Assembly: GCA_045636325.1 (NCBI GenBank)
Contig: JAZTXH010000008.1
Span: 63,099-127,098 of the forward strand
DNA: 64,000 nt
Reading direction: 5' to 3'
DNA from: Clostridia bacterium
GTDB taxonomy: Bacteria; Bacillota; Clostridia; UBA1381; UMGS1253
A program made the position numbers and the translations under genes. Shown here piece by piece: positions 1 through 10,552 of this stretch (its first letter is position 1; each line of letters starts with the position of its first letter). The notes beneath the pieces are model-generated. The model ran no database searches. It had not been told where the DNA came from and was given only the letters and a program-made list of their open reading frames with translations.

Positions 1-282
1 GTAGTTGAAGATCTTATTTCTACAGGCGGCAGTGTTATTGAGGTTGTTAACGTTCTTCGTGAGGCAGGCGCTGAAGTTTTAGGCGTAGTAAGCATATTTA
101 CATATGGTATGCAGAAAGGTTTAGACCGTCTTGCAGAAGCAAATGTAAAAAACATCAGCCTTACAAATTTTGATGTGATTGCAACTGTTGCAGCAGAAGA
201 AGGATACATCAAAGAAGAAGATAAAGAAAAATTAATAAAATTCAGAAATAATCCTTCAGATGAGAGCTGGATTAACGGTTAA
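1..282 (+). CDS. pyrE: orotate phosphoribosyltransferase, 5'-truncated by window edge
   Basis: Frame 1 reads [12 protein letters not shown] (PRPP-binding motif) and ends at TAA 280-282; lies directly upstream of pyrB. Confidence 0.9.
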   Translation, partial: VVEDLISTGGSVIEVVNVLREAGAEVLGVVSIFTYGMQKGLDRLAEANVKNISLTNFDVIATVAAEEGYIKEEDKEKLIKFRNNPSDESWING

Positions 283-320
283 TTGTATATTTTCTTATTA
301 AACAGGAGAAAGGTGAGGTT

Positions 321-1235
321 ATGAGAAGTTTAATTGATATTATGGATTTGTCTGTTGAAGAAATAAACTCTCTTATAGACACAGCGAATGATATAATAAA
401 AAATCCTGAAAAATACAGAGAAAAATGTAAATATAAAAAACTTGCCACTTTGTTTTTTGAACCTTCTACCCGAACCAGATTAAGCTTTGAAGCTGCTATG
501 CTTGAGCTTGGCGGAAGTGTGCTTGGATTTTCGGAAGCGTCAAGCTCATCTTCGTCAAAGGGTGAAAGTGTTGCGGATACGGCTAAGGTTGTAAGTTGTT
601 ATGCAGATATTATAGCAATGCGCCATCCTAAAGAAGGTGCGCCACTTGTTGCGGCTATGGCAGGAAGTATACCGGTTATAAATGCAGGTGACGGCGGTCA
701 TAATCATCCGACACAAACTCTTACAGACCTTCTTACAATTAAAAGAGAGTGTAAAAGACTTGATAACCTTACTGTAGGATTTTGCGGAGACTTAAAATTT
801 GGCAGAACAGTTCATTCACTTATTCATGCGCTTTCAAGATATGAAAATATAAATATTGTTTTGATTTCACCTGATGAACTTCGTGTGCCGGATTATATTA
901 AGCAGGATGTGTTGGAAAAATATAATATGGACTATGTGGAAACAACAAGTCTTGAAAATTCTATTAAAGACCTTGATATTTTGTATATGACACGTGTTCA
1001 GAAAGAGCGTTTCTTTAATGAAGCTGATTATATAAGATTAAAAGATACTTATATTCTTACTAAAGATAAACTGGCAATGGCTAAAGGAGATATGAAAATT
1101 CTTCATCCGTTGCCCAGAGTAAACGAAATACCCGCTGAAATTGATGAAGATCCGAGAGCTTGTTATTTTAAGCAGGCTCTTAATGGTAAATATATCAGAA
1201 TGGCGCTTATACTTAAGCTTTTGGAGGTGGAATGA
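321..1235 (+). CDS. pyrB: aspartate carbamoyltransferase catalytic subunit
   Basis: [18 protein letters not shown] and HPLPR motifs. Confidence 0.97.
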   Translation: MRSLIDIMDLSVEEINSLIDTANDIIKNPEKYREKCKYKKLATLFFEPSTRTRLSFEAAMLELGGSVLGFSEASSSSSSKGESVADTAKVVSCYADIIAMRHPKEGAPLVAAMAGSIPVINAGDGGHNHPTQTLTDLLTIKRECKRLDNLTVGFCGDLKFGRTVHSLIHALSRYENINIVLISPDELRVPDYIKQDVLEKYNMDYVETTSLENSIKDLDILYMTRVQKERFFNEADYIRLKDTYILTKDKLAMAKGDMKILHPLPRVNEIPAEIDEDPRACYFKQALNGKYIRMALILKLLEVE

Positions 1236-1236
1236 T

Positions 1237-1662
1237 ATGAATATAGATTCTATTAATAATGGTATCGTTATTGACCATATCAAAGCAGGAAAAAGTATGG
1301 AAATTTATCACTTTTTAAAGCTTGAGGAACTTGACTGCTCTGTTGCGATTATTAAAAATGTAGTAAGCAAAAAGATGGGCAGAAAGGATATTATTAAAAT
1401 TGATGCAGACCTTGATTTAGACCTTAAGGTTTTAGGATATATTGATCCTGATATTACCGTTAATATTATAAAAGAAGGTAAGCTTGCGTGGAAAGAGCAT
1501 ATTGAGCTTCCTGAAACGATAACAAATATTATTAAGTGTAAAAATCCGAGATGTATAACATCGGTTGAACAGGATATAAATCATGTGTTTAAATTAACTG
1601 ACAGAAAAAAAGCGATTTACAGATGTTTATACTGTGAATCACAAGCGAAAAACTCTTTTTGA
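1237..1662 (+). CDS. pyrI: aspartate carbamoyltransferase regulatory subunit
   Basis: NGIVIDHI and CKNPRCIT...CLYCE Zn motif; ATG 1237 follows GGAGG. Confidence 0.93.
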   Translation: MNIDSINNGIVIDHIKAGKSMEIYHFLKLEELDCSVAIIKNVVSKKMGRKDIIKIDADLDLDLKVLGYIDPDITVNIIKEGKLAWKEHIELPETITNIIKCKNPRCITSVEQDINHVFKLTDRKKAIYRCLYCESQAKNSF

Positions 1663-1712
1663 TTAATGTCAGGAAAATTTATTTACACGAATACAGTTGG
1701 GAGAAGAACAGG

Positions 1713-3533
1713 TTGATAAGAGAAGATTTAAGAAATATAGCAATTATTGCCCATGTTGACCATGGTAAAACAACACTTGTTGACGGTCTTTTGAAACAGG
1801 GCGGAATATATCGTGAAAATCAGGTTGTAGAAGATCGTGTTATGGACAATAATGCTATTGAAAGAGAACGAGGCATAACAATTCTTGCAAAGAATGCTGC
1901 TGCATATTATAAAGGTGTAAAAATTAACATCGTTGATACACCGGGTCATGCAGATTTTGGCGGCGAGGTTGAGCGTGTTTTAAAAATGGTAAATGGTGTT
2001 ATTCTGCTTGTAGATGCAGCGGAAGGCCCTATGCCGCAGACGAGGTTTGTTCTTTCAAAGGCGCTTGCGCTTGGTCATAAAATTATAGTTGTTATAAATA
2101 AAATTGACAGACCTGATGCGCGCCTTGATGAGGTAGTTGACGAGGTGCTTGAGCTTTTACTTGAGCTTGATGCAACTGATGAACAGCTTGACAGTCCGGT
2201 GATTTTCTGTGCGGCAAGGTCAGGAAGTGCATCTGTTTCACCTTATGATGCAGCAGGTAAAGACTTGTCTGTTTTGTTTGACACTATAATAGAATACATG
2301 CCGGCTCCGGAAGGGGATGAGAATGGACCTTTGCAGATGCTTGTTTCCTCAATTGACTATAACGATTATGTTGGAAGAATTGCAATCGGCAGAATTGAGA
2401 GAGGAAGTATAAGGCTTAATCAGGAAGTTTCGATTTGTGATTTTCATAATAAAGAAGTTTCTCACAAAGGCAGGATTGCAAGTCTTTATCAGATAGATGG
2501 AACAGGCAGAACTGCGGTTGAAAGTGCAAATGCAGGAGATATTGTGTGTTTCAGCGGAATAGAAAATATCACAATAGGTAATACGATTGTGGCAACAGAC
2601 TGCATCGAACCTCTTGAATTTGTTAAGATAGGCGAGCCTACTGTTGAAATGACATTTTGTGTTAATGACAGTCCGTTTGCGGGGCAGGATGGTAAGTTTG
2701 TTACATCACGTCAGATACGTTCAAGACTTGAGCGTGAGCTTTTAAAGGATGTTTCCTTAAGGATTGCAGATGGTGAAACAACAGATTCTTTTATTGTTTC
2801 GGGAAGAGGCGAAATGCATCTTTCAATTTTGATTGAAAATATGAGAAGAGAGGGGTATGAATTTGCAGTAAGTACTCCTAAAGTTTTGTATAAAACAATT
2901 GATGGTGTGTTAAATGAGCCTATAGAACACGTATTTATAGATGTTCCGGAAGAAAGTGTCGGCTCTGTTATGGAAAAGCTTGGAACAAGAAAAGGTGAGC
3001 TTCGGTCAATGGCACCCTCAGGATTAAGAATGAAGATTGAATATTTAATTCCGGCACGGGGTCTTTTTGGTTATCGAAGCGAATTTATGACCGACACAAA
3101 GGGCGAAGGAATTTTAAATTCGGTTTTTCATGGATATGAGCCGTATAAAGGTGATATAATAAGACGTTTTACAGGCTCACTTATAGCTTTTGAAACAGGA
3201 GAGGCAGTAAGCTACGGATTATTTAATGCTCAGGCAAGAGGTCTTATGTTTATAGGTCCGGGAACACCGGTTTATGAAGGTATGATTGTTGGCTCATCAC
3301 CAAAGCTTGAAGATATTAATGTAAATGTGTGTAAGAAAAAACAGCTTACAAACACAAGAGCATCGGGCAGTGATGATGCACTTCGTCTTGTTCCGCCTAA
3401 AAATCTCAGCCTTGAAGAGGCTATAGAATTTTTAGCAGAAGATGAACTTTTGGAAGTAACTCCGAAAACCTTCAGATTAAGAAAAAGAATTTTAAATAAT
3501 TCACTTCGCGCAAAAGCACAAATCAGAAAGTAA
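1713..3533 (+). CDS. typA: translational GTPase TypA/BipA
   Basis: [29 protein letters not shown] and TypA C-terminal [10 protein letters not shown]; TTG start inferred. Confidence 0.96.
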   Translation: MIREDLRNIAIIAHVDHGKTTLVDGLLKQGGIYRENQVVEDRVMDNNAIERERGITILAKNAAAYYKGVKINIVDTPGHADFGGEVERVLKMVNGVILLVDAAEGPMPQTRFVLSKALALGHKIIVVINKIDRPDARLDEVVDEVLELLLELDATDEQLDSPVIFCAARSGSASVSPYDAAGKDLSVLFDTIIEYMPAPEGDENGPLQMLVSSIDYNDYVGRIAIGRIERGSIRLNQEVSICDFHNKEVSHKGRIASLYQIDGTGRTAVESANAGDIVCFSGIENITIGNTIVATDCIEPLEFVKIGEPTVEMTFCVNDSPFAGQDGKFVTSRQIRSRLERELLKDVSLRIADGETTDSFIVSGRGEMHLSILIENMRREGYEFAVSTPKVLYKTIDGVLNEPIEHVFIDVPEESVGSVMEKLGTRKGELRSMAPSGLRMKIEYLIPARGLFGYRSEFMTDTKGEGILNSVFHGYEPYKGDIIRRFTGSLIAFETGEAVSYGLFNAQARGLMFIGPGTPVYEGMIVGSSPKLEDINVNVCKKKQLTNTRASGSDDALRLVPPKNLSLEEAIEFLAEDELLEVTPKTFRLRKRILNNSLRAKAQIRK

Positions 3534-3645
3534 AAAAGTATTAAAAAATTACATTAAAGAAAAATGCAGAATTTAAATTTCCGGATAAAATAAGGAATTA
3601 AAAACTCTGCATTTTCTTTTTAATTTAATTAGTTTAAAAATTTAA

Positions 3646-3840
3646 TTATTTCATGCTCTGTTCATAAGCGCTGATCATCTTTTTTACCATCTGACCGCCA
3701 ACGCTGCCGGCCTGCTTGCTTGTAAGGTCACCATTGTAACCTTCTTTAAGGTTTACGCCAACTTCATTGGCAGCTTCCATCTTGAATCTGTTTAGTGCTT
3801 CTCTTGCTTCGGGTACTAAATTCTTTTTGTTGCTTGACAT
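3646..3840 (-). CDS. alpha/beta-type small acid-soluble spore protein
   Basis: FKMEAANEVG...LTSKQAGSVGGQMVKKMI SASP signature. Confidence 0.95.
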   Translation of the reverse strand: MSSNKKNLVPEAREALNRFKMEAANEVGVNLKEGYNGDLTSKQAGSVGGQMVKKMISAYEQSMK

Positions 3841-3929
3841 TTTAATTTCACCTCCTTGTAATTGCTACAATCATAATTTGTGCAGATAACAAAATAATAT
3901 AAGGTGAAATTTTTTCTAATTAATCCAAT

Positions 3930-5966
3930 TTACAAAAATAAATTTTTCATCTTTTTATCAAGCAAAGTTTTTATGCCAAAATGCTCAGGGTTTATCAAGT
4001 CAGGGTCATTAGTAATAATGTAAGAGGCTATTGATTGTGCTTGCTTTAAAATATCCATATCAGAAAATAGATTAGCTATTTTAAAAGCGGGCAAACCATG
4101 CTGTCTGACACCAAAAAAGTCTCCCGCACCACGAAGAAGCAAATCCTGCTCTGATACGAAAAAACCGTCATTTGAAGAACACATGATTTTCATTCGTTTT
4201 TTTGAAACTTCTGAATCTGATTGATTAAACAGTATACAATAGCTTTGATGCTTACCTCTGCCAACACGGCCGCGAAGCTGATGAAGCTGTGCAAGACCAA
4301 AGCGTTCAGCATTTTCTATAATAATTACGTTTGCGTTTGCAACGTCGACTCCTACTTCTACAACAGTTGTACTGACAAGAATATCTATATCGCCATTTTT
4401 AAATTTAAGCATTGTTTCATTCTTTTCTTGTGTCTTTTGTTTGCCATAAAGCAGTTCTGTTTTTAAATCAGGAAAAACTTCCGATAGATTTTTTGTGTAT
4501 TCGGTAACATTTTTTAAATCAAGACTTTCAGATTCTTCCACAAGTGGGCAAACAATATAAACCTGTCTACCGGCTGTTACATGTTTTCTTATAAAATTAT
4601 TTATGCGACCTCTCATATCTTCGCCGACTGCATATGTTTCAACCGGTTTTCTGCCAGGCGGTAGTGTATCAATAATGGAAATATCCATATCACCATATAA
4701 AATAAGCGCAAGTGTTCTTGGAATTGGAGTGGCGCTCATCACAAGAATATGCGGGTTTTTGCCTTTTGCGGCAAGGGCCTCTCGTTGATTTACTCCGAAA
4801 CGATGTTGCTCGTCAGTAATTACAAGAGCAAGGTTTTTGTAGTGTACATTATCCTGAATAAGTGCGTGTGTTCCAATTATAATTTGAGCATTGCCGTTTT
4901 GTATTGCTTCATATGCATTATTTTTTTGAGAAGCTGTCATCGAGCCGTTTAAAAGACAAATTCCAAATTCATCTTTAAACATTTTTAAAAAATTCTCATA
5001 ATGCTGAATTGCAAGAATTTCAGTAGGTGCCATTAAGACTGCCTGATAACCATTTTTTACAACCACATAAATTGTTGCGGCACTTACAACGGTTTTACCT
5101 GAGCCCACATCACCCTGAACAAGTCGGTTCATTGGAACGTCACATCTTAAATCATTTGCAATTTCATCAACAACTTTTTTCTGCGCATTTGTCAGATTAT
5201 AGGGAAGAGAGGAAATAAAATCATTTATACAGCCTGTATCGTTTATAGAATTACAGTGCTTTACCTGTTGCTGTGACTTAATTTTTAAAAGAGAAGCAGA
5301 CAGTGTGAATAATTCGTCAAAAACAAGCCTGCGCCTTGCCCTTGAATATTTTTCAAAGCTTTCAGGAAAATGAACGTTATATATTGCATTGCTTAAATCA
5401 GGCAGGTTATATTTTTCTTTTATGTAACCGGGAAGATAATCTATAATATCTTTGCTGTAAGATGCGGCACACTTGATTGCCTGAAAGAAAATGTTTTGCG
5501 TAAGTTCGCCATGCAGTGGATAAATAGGCACAATTTGCCTTGTTTTAGAATTTTTTTCTTCAGATTCAAAAATAGGATTATCAATTTGCTTAAAAGGTCC
5601 GTTTTTCTTTATTTTTCCGTAAAAAATGTATGTTTCACCTTTTTTGAGGCGGCTTTTAATATATTTATTGTTAAACCAAGTGGCGGTTATTTTTGAAAAA
5701 CCATCAGAAAGAACGGCGTTATATATAACAAGGCCTTTGCGTGGTCTCTTTTCTGTTACATCCGAAAAAACGGTGGCACGAATGCACACCGTTTCATCAT
5801 TTGAAGCTTGTGAAATTGTAGTGATTTTTGTTCTGTCCTCATAATCGCGGGGAAAATAGTTTAATAAATCATAAACCGTAAAAATTCCCAATGCTTCAAG
5901 CATAAGAGCACGCTTTTCTCCAATTCCGCTTAAGGAACGAACGCTATCATTAAGCATATTTATCAC
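3930..5966 (-). CDS. recG: ATP-dependent DNA helicase RecG
   Basis: QGDVGSGKT, DEQHRFG, SATPIPRT and QLRGRVGRG motifs. Confidence 0.97.
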   Translation of the reverse strand: MINMLNDSVRSLSGIGEKRALMLEALGIFTVYDLLNYFPRDYEDRTKITTISQASNDETVCIRATVFSDVTEKRPRKGLVIYNAVLSDGFSKITATWFNNKYIKSRLKKGETYIFYGKIKKNGPFKQIDNPIFESEEKNSKTRQIVPIYPLHGELTQNIFFQAIKCAASYSKDIIDYLPGYIKEKYNLPDLSNAIYNVHFPESFEKYSRARRRLVFDELFTLSASLLKIKSQQQVKHCNSINDTGCINDFISSLPYNLTNAQKKVVDEIANDLRCDVPMNRLVQGDVGSGKTVVSAATIYVVVKNGYQAVLMAPTEILAIQHYENFLKMFKDEFGICLLNGSMTASQKNNAYEAIQNGNAQIIIGTHALIQDNVHYKNLALVITDEQHRFGVNQREALAAKGKNPHILVMSATPIPRTLALILYGDMDISIIDTLPPGRKPVETYAVGEDMRGRINNFIRKHVTAGRQVYIVCPLVEESESLDLKNVTEYTKNLSEVFPDLKTELLYGKQKTQEKNETMLKFKNGDIDILVSTTVVEVGVDVANANVIIIENAERFGLAQLHQLRGRVGRGKHQSYCILFNQSDSEVSKKRMKIMCSSNDGFFVSEQDLLLRGAGDFFGVRQHGLPAFKIANLFSDMDILKQAQSIASYIITNDPDLINPEHFGIKTLLDKKMKNLFL

Positions 5967-7603
5967 TCCACAGAAACTATATAGTAATAAAGTGGCTGAG
6001 AGCCGCGCTGAACAATTACGTCGCAGTCTTCATATTTTTCTTCAAGCTCTTCGCATAATTTTTCTGCAGTCTCTTCTAAAACATCTTCACCGTAATAAAG
6101 TGTAATAACTTCACTGTCTTCATCTGTCATAGTATCTATAATGCCAAGGCATACTTCTTCAGGTGATACTCCTACACTTGAAATTTCCCCTTCGCTTATA
6201 CCGATTATATCACCGGATTTAATATCGTTTCCGTTAAATACTGTGTCACGAACTGCATATGTTACCTGACCTGTTTTAACGTTTGCAATAGCCTCAAGCA
6301 TAGCCTCAGTGTTTTCTTCTGCTTCAAGATGGGGTAAAAATGCCATCATAGCACTAACACCCTGAGGGAATGACTTAGTAGGAATAACTGTAACCGGAGT
6401 TTCAGAAAGCTCTGCGGCCTGCTGAGCCGCAAGAATAATATTTTTATTATTTGGAAGCACATAAATATGGTCTGCGTTAAGCTTCTCTATAGCAGAAAGG
6501 ATATCATCTGTGCTTGGGTTCATTGTCTGACCGCCTTCAATAATTTCATCAACACCGTAATCTTTGAAAATTGCACTTAACCCCGCACCTGCAGTAACGC
6601 TAACGAAAGCGTACTTTTTATGAGGTGTTTTGGGTGTTTTATTTTCTTGTTCAGTATTTTCAATAATTGTTGAATGTTGCAATTTCATATTATCAATTTT
6701 GATTTTGCTCAGCATACCAAGTTTTAAGGCCTCTTCAATCACAAATCCGGGATGATTTGTGTGAATATGTACCTTTACAATCTCATCATCATCTATAACA
6801 AGCTTACAGTCACCTTTAGAGTCTATAACCTCGCTGAAACGGGCAACATTCACATCTTCTGATTTTTTGTCTATAATAAATTCTGTGCAGTATGCAAATT
6901 TGATGTTTGCAGTATCAATTTCTGCAGTATTACCCGGTCCCTGAAGGGTAGCTGAAGAAGCAGAAGCATCTTTTAATTCAACGTCATTGTCCGAAAAAGC
7001 AAGAAAAGCTCCTTCAAGAATTTTAACAAGACCTGCACCGCCTGCATCAACAACACCGGCTTCTTTTAAAACGGGAAGAAGATTAGGAGTGTTGTCAAGT
7101 GAAACTTTAGCAGCCTCAATTGCTATTTTAAAACATTCTTCTATATCATCATTTGTTTCAGCAAATCTTACCGCTGCAGCCGCTGATTCGCGGGCAACAG
7201 TAAGAATGGTTCCTTCGGTAGGACGCATAACTGCTTTGTATGCAGTGTCAACACCATTTTGAAGTGCACCCGCAAAATCCTTTGCATCAACTACAGCTTT
7301 TTTATCAAGATATTTATATATACCGCGGCAAAACTGAGAAAGAATAACGCCTGAGTTACCTCTTGCACCGCGTAGTGATGCAGAAGAAAGTATCTTTGCT
7401 ACTTCACTTATATCAGATGTTTTAAATTTTACCACTTCATTTGACGCTGCAGAGAAAGTCAGCGACATATTTGTACCTGTATCACCGTCCGGAACGGGAA
7501 AAACATTAAGAGTATCAACTTCTTGTTTATTGTTACTCAAATTATTCGCGCCTGAAATAATCATTCGGGATAACATTGAGCCGTCTAAATTGTTAATAAT
7601 CAT
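5963..7603 (-). CDS. fakA: DAK2-domain fatty acid kinase subunit (FakA/YloV)
   Basis: LNVFPVPDGDTGTNM, GARGNSGVILSQ; conserved yloU-yloV-recG order. Confidence 0.92.
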   Translation of the reverse strand: MIINNLDGSMLSRMIISGANNLSNNKQEVDTLNVFPVPDGDTGTNMSLTFSAASNEVVKFKTSDISEVAKILSSASLRGARGNSGVILSQFCRGIYKYLDKKAVVDAKDFAGALQNGVDTAYKAVMRPTEGTILTVARESAAAAVRFAETNDDIEECFKIAIEAAKVSLDNTPNLLPVLKEAGVVDAGGAGLVKILEGAFLAFSDNDVELKDASASSATLQGPGNTAEIDTANIKFAYCTEFIIDKKSEDVNVARFSEVIDSKGDCKLVIDDDEIVKVHIHTNHPGFVIEEALKLGMLSKIKIDNMKLQHSTIIENTEQENKTPKTPHKKYAFVSVTAGAGLSAIFKDYGVDEIIEGGQTMNPSTDDILSAIEKLNADHIYVLPNNKNIILAAQQAAELSETPVTVIPTKSFPQGVSAMMAFLPHLEAEENTEAMLEAIANVKTGQVTYAVRDTVFNGNDIKSGDIIGISEGEISSVGVSPEEVCLGIIDTMTDEDSEVITLYYGEDVLEETAEKLCEELEEKYEDCDVIVQRGSQPLYYYIVSVE

Positions 7604-7615
7604 AATCGCCTCCTA

Positions 7616-7966
7616 TTACTGATCTACGCGTGTACTGTCAACAAAAACATTAACCGTTCCGACCATGCATCCGGTCATGCTTTCAACACTGTATTTTACA
7701 TTTTTAATTATGCTTTCACTGATTGCAGAAATATTTACACCGTATTCTACCATAATGTGCAAATCAATCACAAGGCTTTCATCCTTTGTTGAAATTGAAA
7801 CACCCTTTGTAATGGAATCGCCTAAAAGAAGATTATATAGCTTTCCTTTAGGATCAGTCATGCCAACAACGCCATAGCATCTTGTAGCAGCCATCCCGGA
7901 GATTTTAGCTATAACTTCATTTGAAATTACTATTTCACCTAATGAATTTATTTTCTTTACAGCCAT
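7616..7966 (-). CDS. Asp23/Gls24 family protein (YloU-like)
   Basis: GEIVISNEVIAKISG...CYGVVGM...YGVNI; upstream of fakA; start after GGAGG. Confidence 0.9.
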   Translation of the reverse strand: MAVKKINSLGEIVISNEVIAKISGMAATRCYGVVGMTDPKGKLYNLLLGDSITKGVSISTKDESLVIDLHIMVEYGVNISAISESIIKNVKYSVESMTGCMVGTVNVFVDSTRVDQ

Positions 7967-8125
7967 ATTATTTCCTCCATAATAAAAAATATTAGACAAA
8001 ACTATCTAATGTATTTTACCATACATTTTCTCAATAGTCTATACATTTTTATAAAATTTTATGTATTTTAAAAAAATATTATAAAAAATAGTAAAGTTAT
8101 TGGTAATTTTTACTTATTATTTAAT

Positions 8126-9349
8126 TTATTCTATAAGATTGTCAGCTTCGCTTTCACCCAATGCGGTTATGTTTTTAAGGGTGCTTTGGATTTTCCTTGT
8201 GCGAACACCAACGAGTTTATCAAGTTCTTTGTTTGCCTGATCAATTCTGTTTTGTGTGGCAACTAAAACATCGGAAAACTTGTCAAACTCAGTTTTTACA
8301 GCACCTAAAACTTTCCAGACTTCACCGGAATGTTTTTGTATAGCAAGTGTTTTAAAGCCCATCTGCAGGCTGTTAAGCATAGCTGCCATAGTTGTAGGGC
8401 CTGCGATATTTATTTTATATTCCCGCTGAAGAATTTCTACCATACCCATACGAACAACCTCACTGTATAAACCTTCAATGGGTAAAAACATTATAGCAAA
8501 GTCAGTTGTATATGGAGATTCAACATATTTATCACGAATGGTTTTTGCAGATTGCTTTATGCTTTTTTCCAATACACTTTTTGCAGAGGCAATAAGCTCA
8601 GGATTTCCGCTTTCATAAGCACTGTTTAGATTTGCGTACATATCAAGAGGAAATTTTGAATCAATGGGAAGATATACAAAGTCATCTCCGTTTCCGGGAA
8701 GACGTACTGCAAATTCAACTATGTCTCTGCTGTTTGGCTTTGTGGCTACATTTGTTGCGTACTGTTCAGGTGAAAGAATTTCATTTAAAATAGAGCCAAG
8801 CTGAATTTCACCCAAAATACCTCTTGTTTTTACATTTGACAAGGTCTTTTTCAAATCGCCCACGCTTACGGCAAGATTTTGCATTTCACCAAGACCTTTA
8901 TACACTTGCTCTAATCTGTCACTTACTGCTTTAAATGACCTTTCAAATTTTTCGTCAAGAGTTTTTTGAAGCTTTTCATCAACCGTTGAACGTATTTTAT
9001 CTAATTGCTTGTCATTGCTTTCAGATATTGAAGAAAGCTTTGCATCAACAATTTGCCTTAAATGCTCAAGCTTTTGTTCGTATGAAGCGTTCAGCGCAGT
9101 AAGACGCATTGCCAAATCTGCGAGGCGCTTGTCTTGCATTTCATAGCTTTGCTTTTGAGAGCTTGAAAGTACGTCAGAAACAAGAGCCATGTTTTCTTTC
9201 ATAGCTTTTAAATTTTCATTTTCGGCATTACGTATAACGGTATATATTTCATCCTGAGTTAAGCCGGAATCAGATTTCTTCAAAATAAACAGTACAAAAA
9301 TCAGTAATACCATTATAATTATGATCAAAGCAATTAAAATATATAACAT
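8126..9349 (-). CDS. rmuC: DNA recombination protein RmuC
   Basis: N-terminal TM helix, coiled coil, RGILGEIQL, PIDSKFP, FAIMFLPIEGLY. Confidence 0.92.
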   Translation of the reverse strand: MLYILIALIIIIMVLLIFVLFILKKSDSGLTQDEIYTVIRNAENENLKAMKENMALVSDVLSSSQKQSYEMQDKRLADLAMRLTALNASYEQKLEHLRQIVDAKLSSISESNDKQLDKIRSTVDEKLQKTLDEKFERSFKAVSDRLEQVYKGLGEMQNLAVSVGDLKKTLSNVKTRGILGEIQLGSILNEILSPEQYATNVATKPNSRDIVEFAVRLPGNGDDFVYLPIDSKFPLDMYANLNSAYESGNPELIASAKSVLEKSIKQSAKTIRDKYVESPYTTDFAIMFLPIEGLYSEVVRMGMVEILQREYKINIAGPTTMAAMLNSLQMGFKTLAIQKHSGEVWKVLGAVKTEFDKFSDVLVATQNRIDQANKELDKLVGVRTRKIQSTLKNITALGESEADNLIE

Positions 9350-9533
9350 AACAATTCTCCTTATAAAAAACAGTATGTTTTTATTATACAATAAAATAAG
9401 TATTTAGTCCAGCAAAAATATAAAAATATTCTGTTGATTTTAAAGATGCCTATATTGTAAAACGGCATTGACTTTTTTTTCAAAATATGATAGGCTAAAT
9501 TTGGATTAAATTTGATATTGGCGGAGAAAAAAT

Positions 9534-10451
9534 ATGAAACTATATGCACCTGATTATTATATGGATTTTAAATGCATAGCGGATAAGTGTAATCATAATT
9601 GCTGTATCGGCTGGGAAATTGATATCGATTGTAACACTTATGAATATTATAGTGGGCTTCAAGAGAAAATTGGCATTGAAATCAGAAATAATATAATAAA
9701 GAGTGAAGACAGTTTTTGTTTCAAATTAGCAGAAAATGAAAGATGTCCGTTTCTTGATGAGAAAAATCTTTGTAGAGTTATATCTGAGTTAGGTGAAGAT
9801 GGACTTTGTAATATTTGTTATGACCATCCAAGATTCAGAAACTTTTTTGGGACAAGACAAGAAATAGGTTTGGGAATTTGCTGTGAAGAAGCTTGTCGTA
9901 TTATTTTAACAAAAAATGCTCCGTTTAAAATTGTGCAAATCGGTTATGTACAAGAAGAATATTATCCGTCTGAAGAAGAAAGTAGGTTTTTTAAATTAAG
10001 AGATGACATTTTTAAAAATTTATATGGAATAGATACATCTTTAGATGATGCGATTTTAAAAATTCTTCAGCTATGTAAAATTGAAAATATGAAGAATTTC
10101 AAACAAGACTGCATAGAATTGTATAAAAGTCTTGAAAGGCTTGATTCATCATGGGATGAAAAGCTTGAAATCCTTAATTTGCCTGGGAAAGAATATACAT
10201 ATGAGTTTGACAGGTGCTTTAAAAATCTTTTTGCATATTTTGTTTTTCGTCATACGGCGGACTCTGTATACGACGGAAATTTAAAAGAAAGAATATGTTT
10301 TTGTGTAATGAGTGTGAATATTATAAGAAGAATTTTTATGCGTGACAGTATAAGAAATTTAGAAAATCTTTTGGAAATTGTACGAATGTATTCAGCAGAA
10401 ATTGAATATTCACAGGGAAACACTCAAAAACTTATAGAGTATTTTTATTAG
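9534..10451 (+). CDS. FliB-like (flagellin lysine-N-methylase family) Cys-rich protein
   Basis: FKCIADKCNHNCCIGWEIDID, CPFL...LC, ICYDHPR motifs. Confidence 0.8.
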   Translation: MKLYAPDYYMDFKCIADKCNHNCCIGWEIDIDCNTYEYYSGLQEKIGIEIRNNIIKSEDSFCFKLAENERCPFLDEKNLCRVISELGEDGLCNICYDHPRFRNFFGTRQEIGLGICCEEACRIILTKNAPFKIVQIGYVQEEYYPSEEESRFFKLRDDIFKNLYGIDTSLDDAILKILQLCKIENMKNFKQDCIELYKSLERLDSSWDEKLEILNLPGKEYTYEFDRCFKNLFAYFVFRHTADSVYDGNLKERICFCVMSVNIIRRIFMRDSIRNLENLLEIVRMYSAEIEYSQGNTQKLIEYFY

Positions 10452-10552
10452 TAATAAAAGAGATGAAATATATTGAAGTAAAAGTTGTTTTGATATATGA
10501 TATTTTGTGTTTTTAAATGCGGAATGAAAATATTTCCAAGGAGGAAAATAAA

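Noticed and set aside
3557-3620. Long inverted repeat between typA and the SASP gene
   Set aside because: Adequately explained as a bidirectional terminator of convergent genes.
7967-8125. rpmB, often divergent from yloU in Firmicutes
   Set aside because: No L28 ORF here; most likely a simple rearrangement, which cannot be assessed from this window.
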